NCBI RefSeq assembly: GCF_022045235.1
Contig: NW_027266319.1
Location: 2,914,001-2,978,000 of the forward strand
Direction of reading: 5' to 3'
Origin: Haliotis cracherodii
Taxonomy: Eukaryota
DNA: 64,000 nucleotides
Shown: piece by piece, positions 12,833 to 25,682 of the stretch
How the letters are laid out: every line of letters starts with the position of its first letter
Position numbering within the stretch: the stretch's first letter is position 1
Notes under the pieces: generated by a model
Databases searched by the model: none
What the model saw: the letters and a program-made list of their open reading frames with translations, nothing else
Told to the model about the DNA's origin: nothing
Translations under genes and position numbers: made by a program

Positions 12833-13819
12833 CACATCTACTCTGTCTTAAAATGCAAAGGTCAGAACAATTACATCAGTATCAACTGTTCGAATCATAA
12901 TCCTATCACGACCCTGTCTGGTAGTATTTGACATGTTCAACAATAGTCTCGGTCAGCTTATTTATTTGAACAAGGATGCAAATCATTGATACAAGTTTAC
13001 CCTTTCTGAACAGAACCTGTTAGAGGTAAGTGCTAGTTTGTTTGTCCCCACATTCTAAAGAAATAACTTGTTCAGCTAAGAACTTAAAAAGGCCTGTCTT
13101 ATTCTCGTCAATTCTCAAATGCCTCTCGTACGCTGGAATATTGCTAAAAGTGTCGTAACTTTAACTCACTCACTCACTAACTACACGTGTGCAGTAAGGG
13201 AATTCCATTACGTATATAGGTCACGTGGGACTGTAGGTCTTCCTGTTTTTCGTTTTCGTTCGATGGCTTCATTTAAAACTTGATTAAACATTCCGTGTGC
13301 AACAGTTACATATGCCATGAGCGGTTTCTCAAAATGTCATGTTGTTTTTGTCAAAATGTAATGTTATGTCACGAAACAAACATGGAATATGCTGTAGTTC
13401 ATGGGTAAGATTTGTGTTATGAGCGAGTGATGGATTTACACCACAGTTCCGTTTCTCACACGGCGTGTTAGGTTGACGTAGTGGGAAGCCTGACGTGATG
13501 CAGGTCTTAGTGGCTTACCACTTGGTGAATCCCACGGGCATGGCACTGATAAACCTTGAAGAAACATTGAGGCGCATTTCGAAGTTGAAGTACTAAGTAA
13601 GGCTTAGATATATGGATGAACAACTAAGGGGAGGGACTCGGGTTTTTTGTTGTCCAATTGTTTTTCTTCATTGTTTAAGGCTCAGACCTTTTTCTTCCGA
13701 AAAGAGTTCCTAAGAATTTATTTACGTCACAACCCAAGGAGAGAATGTTTCTCACGGCTCTCTGGAACATAAGTGATCACATGTAGATGATTTTAAAACA
13801 GGACAATGAAAATATACAA

Positions 13820-14060
13820 CGTCTGGCCTTGGCCAGCACAATCCTCCGACTTGTTACCTATAGAACACTTGTGGGATCACCTTGACCGACAAATTACGGC
13901 ACGAGCAGGTCGCCCTTATAACAAGGATCAGTCAGCACAGGCCCCCGAGAAGATTGGCGTCGAATCTCATTTCCTGTGATCCAGACGTCTTACATATTCT
14001 ACACGTTGTCGGACTGGGGCGGGCATTGATGGTCGTGGTGGGTATACACGATATTGACTG
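13820..14060 (+). mobile_element. Tc1-like transposase C-terminal fragment
   Basis: WPAQSSDLLPIEHLWDHLDR and terminal GGYTRY*. Confidence 0.8.
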
Positions 14061-14267
14061 ACAAGTGTGACACTGAAGGATTAAATGAAGTTTAATGTGC
14101 TGATTTCAGACGGACAGACGGACAGATATATTCAGTATAAAGGTCAGATGCCCATCATACAGTCATTTAATATAATTTAGAGACGCATGATTATTATGAT
14201 TTACATTTTGTGGCGACTTAAGAACACGGTTGTACAAGTTAATTGACAGGTTCACTTTCCTTAATTG

Positions 14268-14690
14268 CTGTGCATTTATAATGCGCCAGATTCCATTCAC
14301 CAAGGGCTACACTATTATTACACCGGTCAATGCATCAGTGAGCACTCAATTTTCATTCTCAGCTCCCTGGGGAGTATATATCCCAAGCTGTCTGTGAGGC
14401 GCTAGAAGGTTAAGGTACAGAAGGTACACCGGGTACCCACTCACTGCTGGGTGAACAGAGGCACATTTCGAACGAAGTCACTTGCCTAAGGAGACACCAC
14501 ATGTGGTACATGTGCTTCAGTGTGGGGCAGGACCAAAGCCCTAGAAACTCCCAGGAGTCAAGCTGCTGAACGTGGTCACCCATCCAACTACTCTCCGAGA
14601 CCGACGTTGCTTAACTTCACTTAACGTGATATTGCTGGAATATTGCTAAAAGCGGCGTAAAACCTCACTTCGATCATTGTGGCCGAGTAA
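14268..14690 (-). mobile_element. 5S rRNA-headed SINE with a Deu/Nin-like core (family E), containing a family A tail fragment at ~14626-14669
   Basis: Minus strand gaagttaagcaacgtcgg..gtagttggatgggtgacc (5S internal control region), then ccttaggcaag..ctctgttcacccagcagt..gggtacc and ctccccagggagctgag. Confidence 0.7.
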
Positions 14691-15113
14691 CACAAACATG
14701 TTAATCAACTCCATTGAGTAAATCCACATGCAATGCTACCCTAAGATCATTGACAGGGAGCAAAGGATGATTTGACATAAAAGCTGCTTGAGTGATTGGA
14801 CAAAAGCACGTCTCTCCTGCCCCAGCATTAAGGTAGTTATATATGTGGCCACATTAAAAATCGAGAAAATATCTAAGGCTAAATATCCTCTCATGATCTT
14901 TCAGTATCAGCAATCTGATTACGCTCTAAATACCCTGCATGACCAGAATCGCGTGCTAAATGCAATCCAATTCATTGGCAGGGGAATCTGAAAAAAAAAC
15001 CAACAGAGCTATTAAAGTTATGGTTGTACACTGAACACCATTGTAAGGACGATATCCTTAGAGAAAATTAGACATAATACCTCTTACCATTGTTGCAAGT
15101 TTCTCGAGCAATA

Positions 15114-15342
15114 GGGGCCACGGGTGGCTCAGTCATCTAAGACGCCGCAATTTGCTGTGCAGAGTTGCGCCCCTTGGGCACCCCAGAAACCTGTGATTGT
15201 GGGTTCGAATCTCGGTTTCTAGGTTTGTGAGCACCATAGTGGTGAACGTCTAAGATCTGCATCACTTCGGGCTCTCCTCCCACATGAAGCTCATACACCG
15301 TGATACTGTTCAAAGCGGCGTTAAACCCAACTCACTCACTCA
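15114..15342 (+). mobile_element. tRNA-Leu-like SINE (family B)
   Basis: ggtggctcagtcatctaagacgcc head, B box gggttcgaatc and shared tail. Confidence 0.85.
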
Positions 15343-16277
15343 TTACTCTTGTGTACGGTCCCGTTTGGTTAACTCGGTTTGTGTTGTGATTACTGCCGGT
15401 TTAGATTTGAAGTATGTTTAGAAGAATGTTACTATGTTCAACCCAAACATCGTGAATATATCATACAGTCGTATCCATGTTAAATCACTCTCATTTCTTT
15501 TTACAAAATCCAATTCTTTTAGAGAAACCAAAAATGGCGCTCTCCTTCAATCAAAAACAAACTAACCCTTATAATTCCCCGCCTTCAGGGCGGGAAAGAA
15601 TAGAAACCATGACCAATGGTTTGCTATAAGAATGCATACTGTAGGTCAAGGTTCCCCGCCTGCCTCCGTGACAGACATTGCTCCCCCCGATCTCTGTCCG
15701 CCACAAACTCAAAATATTAAAAAATATCCTCATGATTATTTAGGTATTTCGTATGCACACATACTACGATACATGTGTGAGGCAAGGTTAAAGTTTCTCT
15801 TAACAGTTTGTATACATATTTCCAAAGATTATTCATGCCTATGTAATGGTCTACCTCCGATCATAGCCCGCGACAAACAAAAACGTTTTAAGCGTATTAA
15901 TTTACATTTAGGTTTGTTTAAAAAACATTCCACATTCCATTATACATATATGAGGCAAAGATAAAGATCTTTGCAAATTTTTGTTTACGTCTTTTAAACG
16001 GAAACTCCTCCCCATTAATTTTCTTAAGACAGATAAGTGTTTGGCTTGGCCATGTTTCTATGTCAAAGAGTACTGTTTTGCTCACGAAATGCTCTTTATT
16101 GATGACGATGGCCATCTTGAGGGCAAGACTAATTTTTTAGGCTGAAATCCTTTTCAAAAGCAGACGGAGGCTGAAATTATGAACACAAAATTATGAGCTG
16201 TGTTTATTTACAACAGCACGTTGGATTCTGCTTTAGCTTAGATTTCTTATAATTATGGAAATGTTTTTCGTTGCTCC

Positions 16278-16352
16278 TACAGTGAACTACGTTTATAACG
16301 AACACGCTTATAACGAACTGACCGATATAACGAACTTATTTTTCAGTCCCGG
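16278..16352 (+). mobile_element. Possible pogo/Tigger-type MITE terminus
   Basis: TA-CAGTGAA start followed by repeated tataacgaac subterminal motifs. Confidence 0.4.
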
Positions 16353-17104
16353 CCATTGCTGTACCGACCTGCTCTGTGGCCACGGGGCTATATGAAACAA
16401 TGTCCATGACAAGATCCCCCCTCCATTTTACTTTGACGAGAACTGAAAAAAACCATACACTGCCCTAGCAATGATGTAGCTTCTGGTAGCGAGACGTCTT
16501 ACAGTGATCACTCCTCTGGGCAGTGGGTACTTTTAGTCCATACATCACGGTAATGCTAGAAGAATCTAAATAAATGACTTGTCAGTGTTTTTACACTGGT
16601 CATGTTTTAACATTGTCTTAAAACATATGGATCTTTTTTTCTTCGAGCTCATATTGATGAATCAGCATTTTATATATCACCAGGATCCACTGCATCCTGT
16701 TATCGTCCCAACCTAGACCTTCAACAGCTTATATTTCAGCAACTGTTTTGATGAATTGTGTGATAGGCATTACCTAGAAGTTGACGGATGACAAAATAGA
16801 CACAATTTATGGATAACAACCTCTTTAACAATGTAAAGACGACGTTTCGGTATAGATCCTTATGCCGTTGCCAAGCAAGACTGAAAAAGGAACATTGTAT
16901 AGAATATATACATTAACGTCTTTGATAGGCATTTAGAAGTTGGAGTACTAAGTAAGGATAAGAATTTATGAATGAACAACTTCTTTATTACAATTAAGAG
17001 CGACGTTTCAGTGTAGATCTACTCCAGTATAACAATATCTACTCTACTGTATAAACATTGCCTCCTACTTGTATCTATACTTGCCAACCACACTCTGTAT
17101 ATCA

Positions 17105-17148
17105 CTTGCTTGATAACGGTGTTAGAACCCACACCGAAACGTCGCTCT
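17105..17148 (+). ncRNA. Minimal type I hammerhead-like motif (U3-A8 variant)
   Basis: UUGAUAA-c-GGUGU(uagaaccc)ACACC-GAAA-CGUC, followed by aataaa. Confidence 0.6.
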
Positions 17149-17382
17149 TAATCGTAATAAAGAACTTGTTCATCCATAAATTCTTATCCTTAGTGAGACT
17201 ATATACATGTATGGTAGGTGGAGGATTAACAGTAACAACAATTGCATACATGATTATTATCCTTCTGTTGTCATTACTTACTCATGTTATCCCACTCATA
17301 TATGCAAGTGTTGTTACTGTTAATCCTCTACTGTTAATCCTCCACCTACCATACATATGCTGTACAATGTTCATTATTCAGT

Positions 17383-17425
17383 CTTGCTTGACAACGGCAT
17401 AAGGATCTATACCGAAACGTCGCTT
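17383..17425 (+). ncRNA. Minimal type I hammerhead-like motif (U3-A8 variant)
   Basis: UUGACAA-c-GGcAUA(aggauc)UAUaCC-GAAA-CGUC, followed by attaaa. Confidence 0.55.
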
Positions 17426-17532
17426 TTTACAACATTAAAGACGTTGCTGTCCATAAATTGTGCCTACTTTGTCAACTGTTTTGATATCGACGACTGTTTG
17501 GTCATATCAAATGTTTAAGTGTATATTTTCTT

Positions 17533-18591
17533 TTGCTCGGCAGTTTAGTGAACACATTAAAACATTTCACTTTCAAAAGACCCGATTTTCTAGTATATGG
17601 TGAATTAGGTAGACATCCATTAACGATTCAGATAAAAATAAGAATGATATCTTTTTGGAGCAAACTAATTGTATCGCCTAATAAACTATCTAGCCGCATC
17701 TATCTGCTAATTCATAAAATCACAATGACTAGCAATACTGCATTTCCATGGCTCACCTCAATTAAAAATATTTTATATGAAACTGGTTTGAATTTTGTCT
17801 TTGATACTAACTCTTTTCCAAATCTCTCTTGGCTTAAAACAAACGTTAAACAAACCATAATAGGCAAGTTCTATCAAAGCTGGAATGTCAAGGCTTGTTC
17901 TTCATCTAAAGGCAAATATTATACAATGCTAAAAGACAAACCACAGTTTGGTGAGTATCTATTATCTCTCCCATTGAAACAAGCAATCTGGACTCTTAAA
18001 CTGAGAACATCAAATCATAGACTACCAATTGAGAAAGGCAGATGGTTTAACACACAGAGTACTGAGAGAACTTGCACTTTATGTAACGACCAAATAGGAG
18101 ATGAATTTCACTTTCTATTAGTATGTCCAAGACTAAATGACCTTCGAAAACAATACCTTCCGGCATACTATACTAAATATCCCTCCACTCTAAAATACAA
18201 TCAATTAATGAAATGTTCATACAAACCCATTCTAGTAAAACTGGCTCAGTTCTGTAAAAAAGGTTTAACATTATTTATATAATTAAATATCATAGGATCG
18301 TCGATCTATGGCTGGAAAATTGCCCTTGCGACGTTAAAATTTGTGAATTTCACTCAACAATATAATATATGTGTATTTTTTATGTGTTCACGTGTGTAGT
18401 TATGCAGATCTTACATGTATTATAGAAATGCATTATTGGGTGCATGTATGTATTCATGTATGTATATATTATTAGATATTATTGTCGGTGTGGTTGTGTA
18501 TATATTCAACCTCATGTATGTTCTGTAATCACTCTGTGTGATTTTCTTACGAGCAATGAACTTCTGTTCTGTTCTGTTCTGTTCTGTTCTG
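17533..18591 (+). mobile_element. 5'-truncated CR1/L2-group LINE with an open ORF2 C-terminus (17533-18282)
   Basis: VYGELGRHPL, RTSNHRLPIEKGRW and zinc motif CTLC..IGDEFHFLLVC. The 3' UTR ends in aatgaa plus (gttct)n. Confidence 0.9.
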
Positions 18592-19190
18592 AAAACGTAA
18601 ACCACATAAAACACGCGAGGCTCCATTGAAAACACACCTCGCACTTGGCGTGGGAGAAGAGTGACTCCACGTGATCTTCGTGAACGTTTTATGTTGGGTG
18701 AACCAGAAGTCCACATTCATAAGATATTACTGCACGATTAAGTGAAACTTGACACATACCTGTTGCGTACAGAACGACAAGGTGTAGACTTTATGAAAAT
18801 AAATTTAAGAAAAAAAAGAAAGAAATTGTGACTACAATGTGAAACATCGCGCCGCACGGACTTTAGTACAGCGAGCGAGACTGTAATTTGATTCCTCGAG
18901 TAGAGTTGTCTTTTCTGATGAATGGTTATTATTGGAGCAAAGAATCCCGTGCATGTTTGGAGACAACCTGGCGAAGAGTAACTTCCCTTGTCAGAGTCAG
19001 TTTGTTTTGAAAATTGTTGGTCCAAACTTAAAAAAAACCAAGCTTCAGAGACGTCGGAAAAACAAAGGAAGTGCAGTTGAACTGTAGCTAAAGATTCAAG
19101 ACATCTGGGGACATGTCCTTTAAGATTACATTACAAATAGCTAGAGGGCAATTCCAAGAATTGTGTTGAAACTATCGAGGAAGAAGGGCC

Positions 19191-19342
19191 AAATAAGATT
19201 TGAACGTCAGTTTGGATGGGTTCATTGAAGTGTGAACGATTTAAAAGCGCTGGTTCAACTCTGCTTGAGGTGGTTTGCACGGTTTGACCAGCGCTTATAA
19301 ACACTTCAATGAACCCATTCAAACTGACGTTCAATTCTTATT
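19191..19342. repeat. Near-perfect foldback (about 150 bp hairpin)
   Basis: ttgaacgtcagtttggatgggttcattgaagtgt pairs with acacttcaatgaacccattcaaactgacgttcaa. Inner aagcgctggt pairs with accagcgctt. Confidence 0.85.
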
Positions 19343-20984
19343 ATTTCATACTTTGTAGTTTATTGGTCTCGCTGAATATCGTAACAATGGTAACTTAAAT
19401 TTGAAGTTCTCTGGTTTCGCTGAAGAACAATGCAACACTGTTATTTTGTGGGTATTTGTCGGCTCTCGGTCACAGAGTTTCCCCACTCATACTGAGTTAC
19501 GCAATGTAAAATAGTTCTATAAATATATACCATATTGACAAACGATATTTGGTATTAATCAAATCTTAAAAATAGGAAAACAGGAAAGTGAACAAAAACA
19601 TAAATATGACTCGATGGACCGAGGCGAGGTCACATAAGATTGTAAAGAGGTGCATTTCGAGTCGAACGGGAGCATGAGGATGAAATTTATACTTACTGCT
19701 GTTGAAAATGACGTTTATGGAACAGTTATGGAAAATACCCCGACGCATGAACCCTCCCATGGCATTAGCAAATTGGGAATATCACCGACTTATGAATGTG
19801 TTTGGATAATCGCAAACCAATTTGGACGATGTGGAATGGACTGGTGGGGATTGAACGGAGTGCTCTGAAACATGTGTGTTATGCGTCAGGGTATTTGGAG
19901 TTTGGGATTTGTCACGTGTGCTGTAATACTTTACTTGGCTGGTGTTTCTTGTCACCTGAGATGGACCTACTGTATGACCCGATGCCAGCTTCATTTCTGT
20001 GCCCCGTCATTCATCACGTGCCGCCGCTTCGCGGCCTAGAATGCACGGAGAATTTTATGGTCGGCCAACTCAGAAATCGGAAAAGTAATTCCGTCTACTG
20101 ATATTTTCTCGTCTACGATGACCAATCGGTAAAACAGGTAGGCAAGTCTTTTTGTTTTTTGTTTTTGTTTTAAAACAATTTAAGTTACTTGACCAGGAGC
20201 AGCCGCTTTGGTCCGTGTCAACGGCCACATCTGAGCAGGGTACAACATTGTTTTCATTGGTGCTAGATTCCTGTCATTTCCGAAAGCAAAGCATCAAAGT
20301 CAATATCACTCAATAAATCAATTTCGTTCACCTCAGTCATTTTACAGAATTCATTTTCATATTTGCGTTATATAGTTTTGAAAGATAGCCATTCCATATC
20401 CAAATCACCTGAAGGACAATCCATTTTGTTTCATCTAGCAGCTAGACGACATTAAACACCAGAAACAAAGCATTTATTTATTTTTGAATCAGATGAAATG
20501 TTACAAAACAAGGCAAAAATGCTAAATTAATTATATTGCTGATAAATGCAAGGATTAATAAGGAAACTAGAAATACGAGTTGATTGTAAACACCGATCGA
20601 GAATTCAGGGAAAACCTCGGAAAATAGTCTCGGCAAAAGTTCATACGATCAATTTCACAAAATAATTGTTCACATCGTATGAACTCCAAATATTAGATCA
20701 CGTAACTACCAGTTCAGCCAACCAGCATGAAAGAAACAGTGTAAACTTTAAAGTATGAAATTATATAACCAAATACCGAGGTAAGAAATACCATATTTAT
20801 TACTCAAACTCATTTTAAATTTCGCGCTTTTCCACACGCCGATGACGTTAGCAGCCATGTTGGCACGTAAAAATATAAAGCAGTCATAATGATTTTGTGC
20901 CACACAAACCAGAGGTTGATACTATGAGCCACGTCCCACTCATTCGGAGTACGATGTTATACAATCAACAAGCCATTATTGAAA

Positions 20985-22035
20985 GCCACGTCCTCGTCCG
21001 AAATGGTGTCTGGACGTATTGAACGTCAAGTCCTCGACCACAAGGGTGTGTGGACACGTATTGAACGTCAAGTCCTCGACCACAAGGGTGTCTGGACGTA
21101 TTGAACGTCAAGTCCTGGACGTCAAGAAATCCTCCACAAGGGTGTGTGGACACGTATTAAACGTCACGTCCTCGTCCACAAGGGCGCGTGGACACGTATT
21201 GAACGTCACGTCCTCGTCCACAAGGGCGTGTGGACACGTATTGAACGTCACGTCCTCGTTCACAAGGGTATGTGGGCACGTATTGAACGTCACGTCCTCG
21301 TTCACAAGGGCGCGTGGACACGTATTGAACGCCACGTCCTCGTCCACAAGGATGTGTGGACATGTATTGAACGTCACGTCTTCGTCCACAAAGGTGTGTG
21401 GACACGCATTGAACGTCACGTCCTCGTCCACAAGGGTGTTAGGACACGTATTGAACATCAAGTCCTCGACCACAAGGGTGTCTGGACGTATTGAACGTCA
21501 AGTCATGGACGTCAAGAACTCCTCCACAAGGGCGCGTGGACACGTATTGAACGTCACGTCCTCGTCCACAAGGGTGTGTGGACACGTATTGAACGTCACG
21601 TCCTCGTTCACAAGGGTATGTGGACACGTATTGAACGTCACGTCCTCGTTCACAAGGGCGTGTGGACACGTATTGAACGCCACGTCCTCGTCCACAAGGA
21701 TGTGTGGACACGTATTGAACGTCACGTCCTCGTCCACAAGGGTGTGTGGACACGTATTGAACGTCACGTCCTCGTCCACAAATGCGTGTGGACACGTTTT
21801 GAACGTCACGTCCTCGTCCACAAGGGTGTGTGGACACGTTTTGAACGTCACGTCCTCGTCCACAAGGGTATGTGGACACGTTTTGAACGTCACGTCCTCG
21901 CCCACAAGGGTGTGTGGACACGTATTGAACGTCACGTCCTCGTCCACAAGGGTGTGTGGACACGTATCGAACATCACGTCCTCGTCACGTCATCGTCCTC
22001 AAGGGTGTGTGGACACGTATAGTACGTCCCGTCCT
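20985..22035. repeat. 42-bp minisatellite with an internal hairpin in each unit
   Basis: Unit ttgaacgtcacgtcctcGTCCACAagggtgTGTGGACacgta, about 24 copies. Confidence 0.95.
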
Positions 22036-22149
22036 CTGGGAACTAAATTTATTTTAAAAAGTTTTAATAAAAAAATAGGCAAAGTGTCTAAGGTAGCAAC
22101 GAGGTAGCCCAATTGTTAGTGCACGAATGAATGATTCATTGAATGAATG

Positions 22150-22292
22150 ATTGAGTATTTTATTACGCCGCATATATCCACATTGCAACATCGGCGGGAG
22201 TACCACAATGAGTCTCATATATTGTACCCACGTTTGGAATCGGACCTGAGCGAGTGAGTACTTTAACCACAAGACTACCCCATCGCCCCTCG
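22150..22292 (-). mobile_element. Family A SINE, diverged
   Basis: ttacgccgc tail and ctttaaccac..ctacccc..cgcccc head on the reverse complement. Confidence 0.7.
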
Positions 22293-22574
22293 CCACACAA
22301 CGTTCTATTTACATCAGAGAGCGAATTGTGAAGTCTGATTATGTTATAAGCATAAGGACTCTGCCTCTGCTTCGTCACTGCTGTTTCGCGCTGTTTCCAC
22401 GCGTAGGCGAATATTGCGGCATTGACAGTCGTGTCTTTCTTCCAGGCTTGACGGAAATAGCCAAATGTGAGATTGTGGCATTTACTATACTGTGTTAGTA
22501 ACAATGAAAACATGCCTGAGTCTCAATCTAATTGTTTGAGGAAAACTGCCACTTGTAAGATTTAAGTGATGTAT

Positions 22575-23035
22575 GAGAGGCCTATAGTCATTGCCTCTTG
22601 AAATAGAATCACGAAATATCGCGATGAATAATTCACGAAGATAGCTGCATGTGTGCTAAAACTTAAAAAGTGACCACAAACCATTCTACCGATAAGGAAG
22701 GTTACTTGTGGTAAAACTGCAAAGTGCGCTGAGCAAGAATGATTGAGATTTGATCAAGGGTTTACAATCAGGGTAACACACGGCAGCAGGTGACCGCGAG
22801 CTGTTATGTTTTTTGCAGTGAACTTTGCCAATAGCGCTGTAAATACTATATGTGCACGCCTTTTTTTATCTAAGTTAGTGCTGGCAATTTCTGTCATTAC
22901 TGTAAGTAATATTTTTTATCGGCGGAATGGTTTGTTTTCACTTTAATGGTATCAGCAACCATGTAGCTATCTGCGTTAATTAATCATCGCGAGAGTTCGT
23001 TATTGTGTTTGAAGTGGCGAGGACCATAGGCGAAC
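22575..23035. mobile_element. MITE-like element with about 140-bp imperfect terminal inverted repeats
   Basis: 22575-22720 aligns with the reverse complement of 22890-23035 (tcgcgatga.taatt.acg.agatagct.cat; acaaaccattc..ccgataa). Confidence 0.7.
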
Positions 23036-23039
23036 TCCG

Positions 23040-24050
23040 TGGCAGTGCGGAATGAGAGAACTAGGCGACAGTGCTGTATGAGAGAACTAGACAGCAGTGC
23101 TGTATGAGACGGCAGTGCTGTATGAGAGAACTAGACAGCAGTGCTGTATGAGACGGCAGTGCTGTATGAGAGAACTAGACGGCAGTGCTGTATGAGAGAA
23201 CTAGACGGCAGTGCTGTATGAGAGAACTTGGCGGCAGTGCTGTATGAGAGAACTAGACGGCAGTGCTGTATCAGAAAAAAACTTGACGGCAGTCTTGTAT
23301 AAGAGGACTAGGCGGCAGTGCTGTATGAGAGAACTAGACGGCAGTGCTGTATGAGAGAACTAGACGACAGTGCTGTGTGAGAGAACTAGGCGGTAGTGCT
23401 GTATGAGAGAACTAGGCGGCAGTGCTGTATGAGAGAACTAGACGACAGTGCTGTATGAGAGAACTAGACGACAGTGCTGTATGAGAGAACTTGGCAGTAG
23501 TGCTATATGAGAGAACTAGACGGCAGTGCTGTATGAGAGAACTAGGCGGCAGTGCTGTATGAGAGAACTAGGTGGCAGTGCTTTATGAGAGAACTAGACG
23601 GCAGTGCTGTATGAGAGAACTTGGCGGCAGTGCTTTATGAGAGAACTAGACGGCAGTGCTGTATGAGAGAACTTGGCGGCAGTGCTGTATGAGAGAACTA
23701 GACGACAGTGCTGTATGAGAGAACTTGGCGGCAGTGCTGTATGAGAGAACTAGGCGGCAGTGCTGTATGAGAGAACTTGGCGGCAGTGCTATATGAGAGA
23801 ACTAGACGGCAGTGCTGTATGAGAGAACTTGGCGGCCGTGCTGTATGAGAGAACTAGATGGCAGTGCTTTATGAGAGAACTAGACGGCAGTGCTGTATGA
23901 GAGAACTTGGCGGCAGTGCTTTATGAGAGAACTAGACGGCAGTGCTGTATGAGAGAACTTGGCGGCAGTGCTTTATGAGAGAACTAGACGACAGTGCTGT
24001 ATGAGAGAACTAGGTGGCAGTGCTGTATGAGAGAACTAGACGGCAGTGGT
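23040..24050. repeat. 26-bp minisatellite
   Basis: Unit ggcagtgctgtatgagagaactagac, about 38 copies. Confidence 0.95.
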
Positions 24051-24879
24051 CTATGCGAGGACCAGGCGAGTGCGTTCTATGGGAGGAATGATATCACTGC
24101 ACGACTGGAGAAACCAGTTGTGTGGTTAGGAAGGCAATAATACTGTCAGCAGAGAGACGGCATGTCACTAAATAGGGGGAATTGAGGATAGCTTTTGATG
24201 AGTTGAGATCACATTGAGATAGATCTTCTGGCGTGAATGCGTTCGCTGTAATACAGTAAGTCAGTTTCTTCACAGCGTCCCAGCTTGATTAGGGAGCAAA
24301 GCCTGCAGTGATCTTGGTTCCAGACGTTTACTGTTTTGGTGAAAATCTGACGAACAAAAAAATCTTGCAGAATTTATACTAAAGAAAGATACATATGACA
24401 AACCAATACTTATAAACAAGGCTATTCCAACCCGCGACTATCGGATACTGGCACGACTAAGGGACGCAACTCTGTACGGGGCAGTGCCACCTCATGGTAA
24501 GAGAGGATAATTGTAAATGTTATCATCTGATGAAAGTAGTGCAAATAAAGTCTGATAGTGAATAGAAAACGACGGTAGAACCAATGCCTGACATACAGTA
24601 TAATTCAATTTCCACTTGCGGATGCACTGACATTTCACAAATATACAGAAACTACATCGAAACTTCGCGAGTCCATTATGGTCTTCATCGAACATCATAT
24701 GGCAGGCATTACCGAGGATAATTACCATTTCCCAATGTCTCATAAACGTAGTTTGAAATTTGACCGTAACCATCATTAAGTAGGTTGTTACTGTACAGAT
24801 GGGGAAGCAATTACAATGAACCCATTTTATGCGAATTTACTGTACCATTGGATTCTTAGTTTAAACTTGCACTGATTAA

Positions 24880-25682
24880 GGTTAGTATGCGAGGCTTAAA
24901 AAGATCTTTTAATTTAGCGTGTTCAAGAAATACTACTGCTATTTTGAGTTTCTCGGGCAGGCACCCACACAGAGCATATACTGAACAATAAAGGAGAGTA
25001 TGCTCTTTCAAACATTCATTTCGTTTCAGTATGGATTTGGAGTGGTATGGTTGTGTCAGGATTAAACAGATTATTTGATGGTCTTTGACAAGAATGGTAA
25101 AATGCTATTGAACTATCTTCCAAATGTTATTCATATGGACATTGCAAAATTAATGCTTAATGTTGAAATGTACCTTTCCTATGACATTCCAGTATTTTAT
25201 TAACATGTCATAGGAAGGTTAAGAGGCAATAACTTCAGATTGGCTGTGGAATCACGAGGGCAATGTAATACTGACTTAGGTTATAGGTTATTACAGTATT
25301 GTCATTCACATAACATGTCATGTGTGGAGGGTGAGTTCCAGGTTCTAATGGTCTGAAAATATTATCAATCTGTACTGCGAGAATGTCTTCCATGTTATAT
25401 TACATCAACCCTTTCACCGGCAGCTTGTATTACATTTATGTCTTGTGTAAACACTACCATGTTCCTGTGTCTTGGGTGAAGTTCAACAAGTAGGAAATTC
25501 ATCCTTGCTTTTGTAACTGCCACTGTATTACTGTAAACGTTATAATATTGCTGAAAGTTTGAAAATATTGTGCCTGCTGCTTTTGTACCAAAATGTCCGG
25601 GCAATTATTTTAGGCCGCTGGCCCTATTACTGGTAAATCTGTCTGTCTGTCTCTCTGTGCGTCCGTCTGTCTGTCTGTTTGT
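24880..25682 (+). mobile_element. Degraded CR1/L2-group LINE 3' end
   Basis: YGFGVVWLCQ, RGNNFRLAVE, VEGEFQVLMV, ggccgctggcc and a (tgtc)n tail. Confidence 0.7.

Larger units (their letters stand above)
16778..17478. mobile_element. Nested inverted Penelope-type pLTR structure (A' B' B A)
   Basis: 16778-16885 is the reverse complement of 17378-17478. 16948-17020 is the reverse complement of 17125-17192. Confidence 0.8.

Noticed and set aside
14570-14620. 5S rRNA gene
   Set aside because: Only the internal promoter part is present, fused to a SINE core.
19600-20130. Coding-looking stretch
   Set aside because: Stops in all frames and no recognisable motif, so it is left unassigned.
20985-22035. 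CRISPR-like array of hairpin repeats
   Set aside because: The units are contiguous with no unique spacers, there are no cas genes, and the context is eukaryotic.
21019-22107. 362-aa repetitive ORF as a real gene
   Set aside because: It is a by-product of a 42-bp unit open in several frames on both strands, with no unique coding flanks.
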